A stretch of 33,169 nt of DNA from Minisyncoccota bacterium (GTDB taxonomy: Bacteria > Patescibacteriota > Microgenomatia > Levybacterales > UBA12049). The stretch is taken from assembly GCA_025449795.1 (NCBI GenBank), contig JANWIQ010000059.1, positions 1 through 33,169 of the forward strand, in the 5' to 3' direction. The notes beneath the pieces were generated by a model, which was given only the letters and a program-made list of their open reading frames with translations, ran no database searches and was not told the DNA's origin. The stretch's first letter is position 1. Every line of letters begins with the position of its first letter. The translations under genes were made by a program, and so were the position numbers. Below, piece by piece: positions 8,643 through 16,585 of the stretch.

Positions 8643-10391
8643 ATGAAAAATTTGTATTTTGGTTTAATTGCTTTTGTTTTATTTGCTTTTGCAAGTATAT
8701 ATATTACTTTTCCTTTAATTTTCCACATGACAAATTATGTCACAGGGGAATTGGTTGTGTCATGGATTATGAATTGGAATATTCATGCAATTATGCATGG
8801 AGTGTGGGCGCAGCCAGGTGCCTGGCAGGCATTTTTTGATGCAAATATTTTTTACCCTTACCACAATACACTTGCATATTCCGATTTACTTTTATCATCA
8901 AGTATCTTTGCATTACCACTTTTTATATTTGTCCATGAGCCGGAATTGCCTTCCAATATTACTTTTATTTCTAGCCTTATTTTGTTGGGATTTTTTACTT
9001 ATATTCTTGTTTTTTATCTCACAAAAAATTTCTTTGCCTCTCTTCTTTCAGGATTGCTTATTATTTTTTCACCAGTAACGCTGGATAAGCGTTTTCACTT
9101 ACAAATCCTTGCTATAGAATGGGTACCACTTGCCTTACTATTTTTTCTACACTTTTTAAAAACCAAAAGATATAAATTTCTTATCTTGAGTTTGTTTTTC
9201 TTTGTTGTTCAAACTTATAACAGTTTCATGGCAGGATATTTTCTTGTTTTTTCCTATACCGGAGTAGGGTTATCCTATCTCGTGTCTAATGGGAAGAAAA
9301 TAGTTTCCCTTGTTACAAAAAAAACGATCCTATTCTCTCTTTTAGCTTTTGTTTTGATTTTTCCAATTATTGTTCCTTACTATCAAGTATCCCATGAATT
9401 TTCCTTTGTTCGGGATATTCGGGAAACTATTCATCTGGCCCTGCAACCTGAAGATTTACTGGTGACCAATGAAACAAGCAGATTAAAGCCAATACTATGG
9501 TTTTTTGACGCAAAACAATATCCCTCGTCTGCTGAAGTGAAGCCCGGGTTTTTAGGATTGATTTTTACAATACTTGCTCTTGTAAGTTTTACCTACATCT
9601 TCTTAAAGCAAAAATCAAAAAAAAGATTCTCGACAAGCCAGAATGACGTTACTCTCTTGGCATTTGTGGGTGTCGCATTATGGGGACTGGTATTAAGTTT
9701 GGGTCCGGCACTTCATATAGGTCGTCTTACTATTCACCATCCATTTTTAATCCCTTTACCATATGCTATAGCGTATTATGTCCTTCCCGGATTTCAGGGA
9801 ATACGGGATAGCTCACGTTTTGAAATGCTTTTTGTCATAAGTATTGCTATCGTAATAGGGATTGTCATTGATCAATTGCTTAAGAAAAGAAAACTTTACA
9901 TAAAAACTCTCGTTTGGACCGTACTATTAATCGCAGTTATGGGAGAGTTTGTGGGACCAATTAACTATGGAAGTGCTTATACTTTTGAAAACTTTCCACA
10001 AGTATATACGTGGATAGCAAAAAATACTCCTACAACTGCCGTGATTTTGGAAGAGCCAGTATACAACTGGGACAATAATCCTTTTGGTGACAATAGGGAA
10101 GTGTTGCGTGAATATTTTTCCACACTCCATTTTAGGAAGTTGATTAGTGGTGGAAGCGGATTCTCCCCTCCTCCATGGCAACAATTTGCCAAAAGCCAAT
10201 TCGCTAATTTTCCATCTCCTGCAAGCGTATTACAAGTAAAGAAGTACGGAGCAAATTATCTTATTGTGCACAAAGGTGAGTTTGATATTCTAAAAAAGAA
10301 TGGAGACTATGTATTATCTATGCTCTCCCAAAATTCCCATCTTCGATTTATAATAAAAGAAGGAGACGATTATGTATATGAAGTTAAATAG
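8643..10391 (+). CDS. Polytopic membrane protein with C-terminal soluble domain, possible GT-C-type glycosyltransferase
   Basis: 582 aa with an N-terminal multi-TM region and a roughly 170-aa hydrophilic C-terminus. It is tightly packed with its neighbours. Confidence 0.5.
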   Translation: MKNLYFGLIAFVLFAFASIYITFPLIFHMTNYVTGELVVSWIMNWNIHAIMHGVWAQPGAWQAFFDANIFYPYHNTLAYSDLLLSSSIFALPLFIFVHEPELPSNITFISSLILLGFFTYILVFYLTKNFFASLLSGLLIIFSPVTLDKRFHLQILAIEWVPLALLFFLHFLKTKRYKFLILSLFFFVVQTYNSFMAGYFLVFSYTGVGLSYLVSNGKKIVSLVTKKTILFSLLAFVLIFPIIVPYYQVSHEFSFVRDIRETIHLALQPEDLLVTNETSRLKPILWFFDAKQYPSSAEVKPGFLGLIFTILALVSFTYIFLKQKSKKRFSTSQNDVTLLAFVGVALWGLVLSLGPALHIGRLTIHHPFLIPLPYAIAYYVLPGFQGIRDSSRFEMLFVISIAIVIGIVIDQLLKKRKLYIKTLVWTVLLIAVMGEFVGPINYGSAYTFENFPQVYTWIAKNTPTTAVILEEPVYNWDNNPFGDNREVLREYFSTLHFRKLISGGSGFSPPPWQQFAKSQFANFPSPASVLQVKKYGANYLIVHKGEFDILKKNGDYVLSMLSQNSHLRFIIKEGDDYVYEVK

Positions 10392-10491
10392 GCAACAAGT
10401 TTTCCTTACCGGATTTGTTTTATGGGTTTTAGTTGTATTTATTTTGTATATCCAGTTTTTACTTTGTAGAGGACATATATGTTTACGCTAG
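10372..10491 (+). CDS. Possible 39-aa single-TM small ORF, or the displaced N-terminus of the next gene
   Basis: AGGAG (10361-10365) lies 6 nt before ATG 10372. The ORF encodes MYMKLNRQQVFLTGFVLWVLVVFILYIQFLLCRGHICLR. It ends 13 nt after the ATG of the next gene, in another frame. It is not in the ORF track because it is under 60 aa. Confidence 0.25.
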   Translation: MYMKLNRQQVFLTGFVLWVLVVFILYIQFLLCRGHICLR

Positions 10492-12077
10492 GATTACTTA
10501 TTGGCATTTACGCATACAGTATTTTTCTTCTGGGATTATTGCACCTCTTGTATGTACCAGTGGTGTGGATTTTTACTTTTGGCTTTATTGGTGGGAGTAT
10601 CTATTGCTACCGAAAGAAATTAGAAGAAATTAGTAAGATAAAAAGGGTGAGAGAAAGAAAAATAGGTACGCCCTCTTTTCTTCTGTTATGTATTCTTATT
10701 GTCCAGGCAGGAGTAAATTTGATTGGTGTTTTAGGTCCAGAGCTGGGTTTTGACGCATTATGGTACCACCTTACTTTACCTAAGATTTATCTCATGGGGC
10801 ATGCAGTGTCTTATATCCCAGGAGGCCTTTTTCTGTATTCCACTATGCCAAAACTTTTAGAGCTGCTTTATATAGGCGGGTTGTCCTTTGGGTCTGCGAT
10901 ATTTCCAAAATTAATTCATTTTGGTTTTGGATTATTGACACTTGTTGTACTGTACCAAATAGCAAGAAGATTTTTGTCTCGACCTATGTCTTTTTTGGTT
11001 CTGGTAATTTTCTATGCAAATTTGGTAGTGGGATGGGAATCTATAAGCGCATACATTGACCTTGGTAGGACATTTTTTGAGTTGCTTTCTTTTTCTGCTC
11101 TGCTTTCATGGATAGAAACCAAAGATAAAAAGTTTTTTTATTATAGCGCGCTTTTTATAGGATTTGCTATTACAACCAAGCTTCTTGCTGTTGGTTCGTT
11201 GCTTTTATTTCTTATCCTTATATACATGGTATTACGAAGAAAAAATATACCTTTGTTGCGGCCTTTTCTGTCATATATGATGATTACTCTTCTTATTCCA
11301 CTTCCCTGGTTAGTTCTTTCTTTTATTAATACAGGTAATCCCGTCTATCCATTTTTTTCTTCAACCTATCCAATTTCCTTGCCCTGGCAGCTTATTAACC
11401 CACGCTATTTTGTGACTAGTTTTTGGAATTTATTTCTTTATTCACCGGATCCAATTAACCCAATCTATCTTATGGTATTGCCCATTTTTTTTGTATACAT
11501 GGGGAAGTGGTCATATGAATTGCGTCTTATTTTTTTCTATAGCATAGGTGGATTCGTGTTGTGGTACATTACTCCACAAACAGGCGGAGGACGTTTTATT
11601 ATTCCCTATTTGCCTCTTTTATCACTTATGAGTGTGTTAGCGATCTTATCACTTGGAAAAAAAAGAATAAAACAGTTTCTTGTTATTGTTGCGATTGTAC
11701 TGGCACTAGTTTCCATTGGATATAGGGGCATTGCAAATGCAAAGTTTGTTCCGGTTATTCTGGGAAAAGAGACAGAAAGTCATTTCTTGGCAAAACACCT
11801 CAATTTCTCTTTTGGGGATTTTGCCGATACAGATGGGTATTTTGCAACACATATAAAGTCTACAGATACTGTTTTACTCTACGGATTCCATAATGAATAT
11901 TACGTAGATTTTCCTTTTATCGATGCGACTTTTGTAAAAAAAGGCGATGAATTTAGCTATATTGCTGCGCAAAATACTGCACTTCCAGCACGTTTTCGGA
12001 ATTGGAATTTGGTGTATATCAACCCAATTACCCATGTAAGCCTGTATAGTATTGGAGGGATTCCATGGACATATTAA
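10479..12077 (+). CDS. ArnT/PMT-like (GT-C fold, GT39/GT83-like) membrane glycosyltransferase
   Basis: 532 aa and polytopic. An early loop motif LGPELGFDALWYHL is followed by many TM helices and a C-terminal soluble tail, as in PMT_2/ArnT-like proteins. GAGG lies 6 nt upstream of the ATG. Confidence 0.55.
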   Translation: MFTLGLLIGIYAYSIFLLGLLHLLYVPVVWIFTFGFIGGSIYCYRKKLEEISKIKRVRERKIGTPSFLLLCILIVQAGVNLIGVLGPELGFDALWYHLTLPKIYLMGHAVSYIPGGLFLYSTMPKLLELLYIGGLSFGSAIFPKLIHFGFGLLTLVVLYQIARRFLSRPMSFLVLVIFYANLVVGWESISAYIDLGRTFFELLSFSALLSWIETKDKKFFYYSALFIGFAITTKLLAVGSLLLFLILIYMVLRRKNIPLLRPFLSYMMITLLIPLPWLVLSFINTGNPVYPFFSSTYPISLPWQLINPRYFVTSFWNLFLYSPDPINPIYLMVLPIFFVYMGKWSYELRLIFFYSIGGFVLWYITPQTGGGRFIIPYLPLLSLMSVLAILSLGKKRIKQFLVIVAIVLALVSIGYRGIANAKFVPVILGKETESHFLAKHLNFSFGDFADTDGYFATHIKSTDTVLLYGFHNEYYVDFPFIDATFVKKGDEFSYIAAQNTALPARFRNWNLVYINPITHVSLYSIGGIPWTY

Positions 12078-13258
12078 CAGGGCTTTTTATTAGTGTTTTT
12101 CTTGTCTTTTTACCTCTTGGCCAGTTGATGCGAATTCCTTTTCAAGGGTTTACTATCGTAGGACTGGATGCTGTTGTTTGTTTGACAGCAATTGTGTGGA
12201 TAATAAAAACATTTAAAAAGTGGGAAAAGCCGAAATTACTTTTTCTTCCAGTAAGTATCTTTTTAGCTGCAGGCATTTTTTCTTTGCTTGCCAATGTTAT
12301 GTGGTTGAGTGGAAATGAGCTCTTTATTTCATGGTTATACCTTGTAAGGTTGGCTTCATTCATGGCTTTTTTATGGATTGCAAAAGAAATCTCAAAAAGG
12401 TCGCCAGCACTCATGCAAAAACTCTTACTGGTTGGTGGGGGAATTGTAATGGTGTTGGGACTACTGCAATATATATTTTTTCCATCGTTACAACCTTACT
12501 TATATCTTGGATGGGATAACCATTTTTACCGGGTATTTTCAACTTTTTTAGACCCCAATTTTGTGGGAGCATTTTTGGTATTGTATTTCTTTTACCTTGC
12601 ATTCCTTTTATTGCAAAATTATCAACACCAACAAAAGAGATGGCTTTTTGGAATGATTTCCTTCCTTAGTTTACTTGCGGTTTTCCTAACATACTCACGA
12701 AGCGCTTATCTTATGTTGGGAGTCGGCATTGTTATTTCTCTCTGGAGTTTAGGACAAAAAAAACTCATTCTTGGTGCAGTTGGAATACTCGCTGTTATTA
12801 TTTTGTTATTTGGGGTATTCCACCGTTATGGTGAAGGAAATAATTTACTCCGGACGGTATCTATTGAGTCTCGCTTAGGAAGCATGACCACTGCGCTTAC
12901 CATTTTTACTAAAGAGCCAGTATTTGGTACCGGATTTGACAGTTACCGATACGCCCAAAGGAGATATGGATTTTTAGGAGGTAATATTTGGGAAGCTACT
13001 CATGCAGGCGCAGGGACAAGTAATAGCTTTTTATTCGTACTTGCGACGACTGGCATAGTAGGATTTGGTGCATATTTTTTCTTGCTGTATAGTCTTTTCC
13101 AACAAGCGAAAGTTATATCAAAGAAAAATAAACTGTGGGGAGTATTGCTATGCGTGTCTCTTTTCTCCCTATGTGTTGATGCACTTTTTGAAAATACTCT
13201 TTTTTATCCGAGCATTATGTTGTGGATATTTACTTTGATAGGAATTGCCTCACCCTAG
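12065..13258 (+). CDS. O-antigen ligase/polymerase-like (Wzy_C domain) membrane protein
   Basis: 397 aa and polytopic. The central motif FLTYSRSAYLMLGVG and a periplasmic loop with THAGAGTSNSFLFVLATTGIVG are typical of the O-antigen ligase family. It overlaps the upstream gene by 13 nt. Confidence 0.7.
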   Translation: MDILTGLFISVFLVFLPLGQLMRIPFQGFTIVGLDAVVCLTAIVWIIKTFKKWEKPKLLFLPVSIFLAAGIFSLLANVMWLSGNELFISWLYLVRLASFMAFLWIAKEISKRSPALMQKLLLVGGGIVMVLGLLQYIFFPSLQPYLYLGWDNHFYRVFSTFLDPNFVGAFLVLYFFYLAFLLLQNYQHQQKRWLFGMISFLSLLAVFLTYSRSAYLMLGVGIVISLWSLGQKKLILGAVGILAVIILLFGVFHRYGEGNNLLRTVSIESRLGSMTTALTIFTKEPVFGTGFDSYRYAQRRYGFLGGNIWEATHAGAGTSNSFLFVLATTGIVGFGAYFFLLYSLFQQAKVISKKNKLWGVLLCVSLFSLCVDALFENTLFYPSIMLWIFTLIGIASP

Positions 13259-13261
13259 CCC

Positions 13262-13276
13262 TCTCCTAAGAGGAGA
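13262..13276. terminator. Short hairpin between the convergent O-antigen-ligase-like and Ig-like genes
   Basis: TCTCCT-aag-AGGAGA lies in the 41-bp convergent gap. It has a weak stem and no clear T-tract. Confidence 0.25.
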
Positions 13277-13299
13277 AGGAAACCAAGGAAAACTTATTC

Positions 13300-14040
13300 C
13301 TACTGGTTGAAGTTGATGTTGAAGTCTTTTTGCGTTTGGTTACCCGCACTGTCCTGTGCAACGACGCTAATATGGTTGCTTCCGTTTTGCAGATGAAGCG
13401 TGTAGGAGTAATTGCCGCTCCCATCTACTATGGCCCAAAAACCATTGACAGTAATTCGTATATCTCCATTATCTGTTTTCCCTTTTACTGTTACCTCCTG
13501 TTGACTACTTCCTGAGAACGTTTGTCCGTCATTTGGGCTGTCCACGGTAAGGCTTGGCGCTTTATTGGTATAGGAAATAGTAAGCGCATTGGAAAAATCA
13601 CTTTCCTTATTACTCAATTTCGCTTTTGCAGAAATTGTGTTACTGCCACTATTGAGCGTGACATTATTAAAATGAAAGGATCCATCATCTTTGGTGTCTA
13701 CAATATCTGTGAGGTTATTGTTGACAAATAGTTCAACTTTTTCTTTGGGGGAAGCGCTGCCGCTTATCGTAATTTGTGCGCTATTGGTTGCGGTGAAGGA
13801 TTGGGTAAGGACTGGTGGAAAAACAAGTTGTTGGTTTTGTGCCTTTTGGGCTGCAATTTGTTGGTCTTTACCCTGGGCAAGAAAAAGACTGAAGTTGATA
13901 AGTGCCGGAATACCGAATTTCACAAGCAAAAAGAGAATAATAATTATTCCTGCAAGAGATAAGTATAAATTCTTTTTGGTTTTTTTCTCTAATGTCCTAT
14001 TTAGACGTGATTTAACCATATATTTATAAAGTTTATGCAC
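13300..14040 (-). CDS. Membrane-anchored surface protein with two Ig-like (bacterial Ig fold) repeats
   Basis: 246 aa with a basic N-terminus and one TM helix (LYLSLAGIIIILFLLVKFGIPALI). Two related beta-rich S/T/N/G-rich modules follow (…VELFVNN…DGSFHFNNVTLNSGSNTISAKA and …ITVNGFWAIVDGSGNYSYTLHLQNGSNHISVVAQDSAGN). Confidence 0.45.
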   Translation of the reverse strand: MHKLYKYMVKSRLNRTLEKKTKKNLYLSLAGIIIILFLLVKFGIPALINFSLFLAQGKDQQIAAQKAQNQQLVFPPVLTQSFTATNSAQITISGSASPKEKVELFVNNNLTDIVDTKDDGSFHFNNVTLNSGSNTISAKAKLSNKESDFSNALTISYTNKAPSLTVDSPNDGQTFSGSSQQEVTVKGKTDNGDIRITVNGFWAIVDGSGNYSYTLHLQNGSNHISVVAQDSAGNQTQKDFNINFNQ

Positions 14041-14093
14041 AGGTACAATACTGCACTTGTCTGCGGCAAATTCTTTTCCTTACTTCTGGGAAG

Positions 14094-14115
14094 CAAGGCA
14101 TAGAATTGTGCCTTG
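14094..14115 (-). terminator. Hairpin abutting the tRNA 3' end (terminator or processing signal candidate)
   Basis: On the minus strand CAAGGCA-caattcta-TGCCTTG (7-bp stem) starts immediately after the discriminator base. There is no clear U-tract. Confidence 0.3.
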
Positions 14116-14187
14116 AGCCGTCTGCTGGATTTGAACCTGCGACCTGCGGTTTACGATACCGCTGCTCTACCACTGAGCTAAGACGGC
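14116..14187 (-). tRNA. tRNA-Thr (anticodon CGU); no encoded CCA
   Basis: The reverse complement folds as a cloverleaf: GCCGTCT TA GCTC AGTGGTA GAGC A GCGGT ATCGTAA ACCGC AGGTC GCAGG TTCAAAT CCAGC AGACGGC T. The acceptor stem (7 bp), D stem (4 bp) and anticodon stem (5 bp) are all perfect. The T stem has one A-A mismatch. The anticodon loop is AU-CGU-AA. Confidence 0.85.
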
Positions 14188-14195
14188 GCAAGCAA

Positions 14196-14224
14196 ATTAT
14201 ATACTATAATTGCTTCAATTTCAC
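14196..14224 (-). promoter_or_regulatory. Candidate sigma70-type promoter for tRNA-Thr
   Basis: On the minus strand: GTGAAA (-35, 14219-14224), a 17-nt spacer, then a perfect TATAAT (14196-14201). The TATAAT ends 8 nt upstream of tRNA position 1. Confidence 0.4.
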
Positions 14225-14238
14225 TCAGTTGACTTACG

Positions 14239-14328
14239 CGGGGTCCTGCCAACCGCAACTTTTTCCCTTCGGTACACTCAGGGCAAGCCAGTGCTTGCGA
14301 CCCTTTTTATCCTGAGCAAAGTCGAAGG
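14239..14328. repeat. GC-rich structured repeat (copy X1 of the CGGGGTCCTGCC family)
   Basis: It shares the 12-mer CGGGGTCCTGCC (14239-14250), CCTTCGG and CTTGCG-C-CC blocks with 17808-17905. Internally it has a GCAAGC-cagt-GCTTGC hairpin (14283-14298). That hairpin is flanked by imperfect inverted arms CCTTCG..CTCAGG and CCTGAG..CGAAGG. Confidence 0.6.
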
Positions 14329-14384
14329 AGAAAAAACTCGCGTTTGTCACCCTTTCATATAGCTTAAATCGTAAATCCTAATTT

Positions 14385-14699
14385 TTAATTCTCTTTTCTT
14401 CCCCATGCATCCATCTTATCAAAAATTTCCTTCAAGGTAATGCCCTTTTTTGTAAGGCTATATTCTACACGCAAAGGTACCTCAGTAAATATCTTTTTCA
14501 TTACTATTCCCTCCTTTTCTAATTCCTGCAAACGCAGTGAAAGTGTCTTTGGGCTAATACCTTCAAGTGTACGTTGTAATTCGCCAAAACGCATTGTACC
14601 GGAGCAGAGCGTATGGAGAATAAGGATTGTCCACTTACTGCCAATAATCTTAATTGTTTTTACCACGCCACAGTTAGGTCCAAGTTTTTCCATAGACAT
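14385..14699 (-). CDS. HxlR-family winged-helix transcriptional regulator
   Basis: 104 aa. CGVVKTIKIIGSKWTILILHTLCSGTMRFGELQRTLEGISPKTLSLRLQELEKEGIV...RVEYSLTKKG is the canonical HxlR pattern. Confidence 0.85.
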   Translation of the reverse strand: MSMEKLGPNCGVVKTIKIIGSKWTILILHTLCSGTMRFGELQRTLEGISPKTLSLRLQELEKEGIVMKKIFTEVPLRVEYSLTKKGITLKEIFDKMDAWGRKEN

Positions 14700-14750
14700 T
14701 AGTATAGCATACTACTATACTTTTTGTAACTACTTTACAAAATGAAGTAG
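14700..14750. promoter_or_regulatory. Divergent hxlR/LUD control region with two short palindromes (operator candidates)
   Basis: TAGTAT-agc-ATACTA lies at 14700-14714 and CTACTT-tacaaaatg-AAGTAG at 14730-14750. Both are in the 72-bp gap between the divergently transcribed genes. Confidence 0.3.
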
Positions 14751-14771
14751 GTATGGTATCTTGTATGTACT

Positions 14772-15395
14772 ATGGATACATTTAGTACAGTTGCTACGGA
14801 AACATCACTGCAAAAAGTAATAGAATCCCTTCAAAACAATGGCATGACAGCGGAAATTGTAGAAACCAAAGAGGATGCGAAGAAAAGAGTTCTTGCGATG
14901 GTTCCCCAAGGAGCAGAAGTGATGACAATGTCGTCTATCACCTTGCAAGAGATTGGTATTGTCGATGCAATAAATACTTCTTCGGATTATGATTCAGTAC
15001 GTAACAAACTCACGAAAATGGATCGGAAGACACAAAGCAGAGAAATGCAAAAGCTTGGCGCAGCTCCAGAATGGGCTGTAGGAAGCGTTCATGCAGTTAC
15101 AGAGGATGGTAAAATATTTATCGCATCAAATACTGGAAGTCAACTGCCAGCCTATGTGTATGGGTCAGGTCATGTGATTTGGGTGGTAGGAGGACAAAAG
15201 ATAGTCAAAGATGAAGAGGAAGCAAAAAGAAGAATCTATGAATATATTTTGCCAAAAGAGTCGGTTAGGTTGCGAAAGCAATATAATCTGCCAGATACAG
15301 TACATTCTAATGTGAGTAAGTTACTTATGGTGCATAAGGAAATTACTCCAGATAGAATTCATATTATCTTCGTGAAAGAACCACTCGGATTTTAA
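14772..15395 (+). CDS. LUD (lactate-utilisation B/C-like, DUF162) domain protein
   Basis: 207 aa. The core WAVGSVHAVTEDGKIFIASNTGSQLPAYVYGSGHVIWVVGGQKIV matches the LUD-domain pattern. It is divergent from hxlR. Confidence 0.6.
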   Translation: MDTFSTVATETSLQKVIESLQNNGMTAEIVETKEDAKKRVLAMVPQGAEVMTMSSITLQEIGIVDAINTSSDYDSVRNKLTKMDRKTQSREMQKLGAAPEWAVGSVHAVTEDGKIFIASNTGSQLPAYVYGSGHVIWVVGGQKIVKDEEEAKRRIYEYILPKESVRLRKQYNLPDTVHSNVSKLLMVHKEITPDRIHIIFVKEPLGF

Positions 15396-15460
15396 ATTAA
15401 AGCCACCTGCCTTTTAAGAAAAATTAAAGAATTTAGTTAGGGGGTAAAAGCTTAGGTTTG

Positions 15461-15469
15461 TGTTATAAT
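15461..15469 (+). promoter_or_regulatory. Extended -10 promoter candidate for dus
   Basis: TGTTATAAT (TGnTATAAT form) ends 14 nt upstream of the ATG at 15484. Confidence 0.35.
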
Positions 15470-15483
15470 TAAGTCCTATAAGT

Positions 15484-16545
15484 ATGAATATTTGGCAACA
15501 GTTACCGAAACCACTTTTTGTCTTGGCTCCAATGGAGGACGTGACAGACACAGTTTTTCGGCAAATAATTCTAGCTACAGGCAGGCCTAGCCTTTTCTTT
15601 ACTGAATTTACCAATGTGGATGGGTTAAATTCTGCAGGGTTTGACCAAGTAGCAAAACGGTTGAAGTTTTTGAAAAAAGAGAAACCAATTATTGCGCAAA
15701 TTTGGGGAATGAAGCCTGAGAATTTTTACAAAACTGCACAAAAATTAGTGGAAATGGGTTTTGATGGCATTGACCTGAATATGGGGTGTCCACAGCATGA
15801 TGTCACGAGCCATGGTGCATGTTCTGCGCTTATCAAAAACCACACACTTGCTACGGAAATTATCCGAGCGACTCAAGAAGGAGCAGGAGATTTACCGGTT
15901 AGTGTAAAGACACGTATTGGCTTTGGTACCATCCAAACAGAAGAATGGTTGGGATTTTTACTAACACATAATTTGGCAGCACTTACTGTACATGGCAGGA
16001 CAGTAAAGGAAATGTCCAAAGTTCCCGCTCATTGGGATGAAATAGGGAAAGCTGTAGTGCTAAGAGATGAGATGTTCAAAACTTATTCTTCGAGTGAGGA
16101 GCAAGGCGACGAATCGAGAAGTTTAAAAGATAGTAGTTCTCGACAAGCTCGAACAATAAAAAATAAAACATTAATTGTTGGCAATGGAGATGTTATGTCT
16201 CTGCAAGAAGCAGAAGAAAAGGTAAAAGAGTATGGACTTGATGGTATTATGGTCGGAAGAGGTATTTTTCATAATCCTTGGCTTTTTAATGGCAAGGTTA
16301 ATCCCGAAGCACAATCACTAACAGAACGTTTGGAATTACTCAAAAACCATGTTGAGCTGTATATAAAAACATGGGGAAGTAGTAAGCCATATCCACCGCT
16401 CAAGAAATACTTTAAAATTTATCTTTCTGGATTTGATGGTGCTTCGGAAGTCCGTACAAAATTCATGGAGACCAATACGCCTAGTGAGGCAATTGCGCTG
16501 GTAAATTCCTTTCTAAAAACATACACTCCGCAGGTGCAAAGCTAA
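15484..16545 (+). CDS. dus: tRNA-dihydrouridine synthase (Dus family) carrying an internal insertion of roughly 30 aa
   Basis: 353 aa. Contains LAPMEDVTDTVFRQII, GIDLNMGCP, LTVHGRT and IVGNGDV motifs of the Dus TIM barrel. Extra low-complexity residues lie between HWDEIGKAV and TLIVGNGDV. Confidence 0.85.
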   Translation: MNIWQQLPKPLFVLAPMEDVTDTVFRQIILATGRPSLFFTEFTNVDGLNSAGFDQVAKRLKFLKKEKPIIAQIWGMKPENFYKTAQKLVEMGFDGIDLNMGCPQHDVTSHGACSALIKNHTLATEIIRATQEGAGDLPVSVKTRIGFGTIQTEEWLGFLLTHNLAALTVHGRTVKEMSKVPAHWDEIGKAVVLRDEMFKTYSSSEEQGDESRSLKDSSSRQARTIKNKTLIVGNGDVMSLQEAEEKVKEYGLDGIMVGRGIFHNPWLFNGKVNPEAQSLTERLELLKNHVELYIKTWGSSKPYPPLKKYFKIYLSGFDGASEVRTKFMETNTPSEAIALVNSFLKTYTPQVQS

Positions 16546-16562
16546 TCCACCCTTGGGGTGGA
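16546..16562. terminator. GC-rich hairpin between convergent dus and hydrolase genes
   Basis: TCCACCC-ttg-GGGTGGA starts 1 nt after the dus TAA stop. There is no strong T-tract on either strand. Confidence 0.35.
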
Positions 16563-16585
16563 AACCTAACTTTGATATAGTTACG

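Noticed and set aside
14106-14315. A 69-aa plus-strand ORF.
   Set aside because: It runs antisense through the tRNA-Thr gene and then through the GC-rich repeat X1. It is an artefact of GC-rich non-coding sequence.
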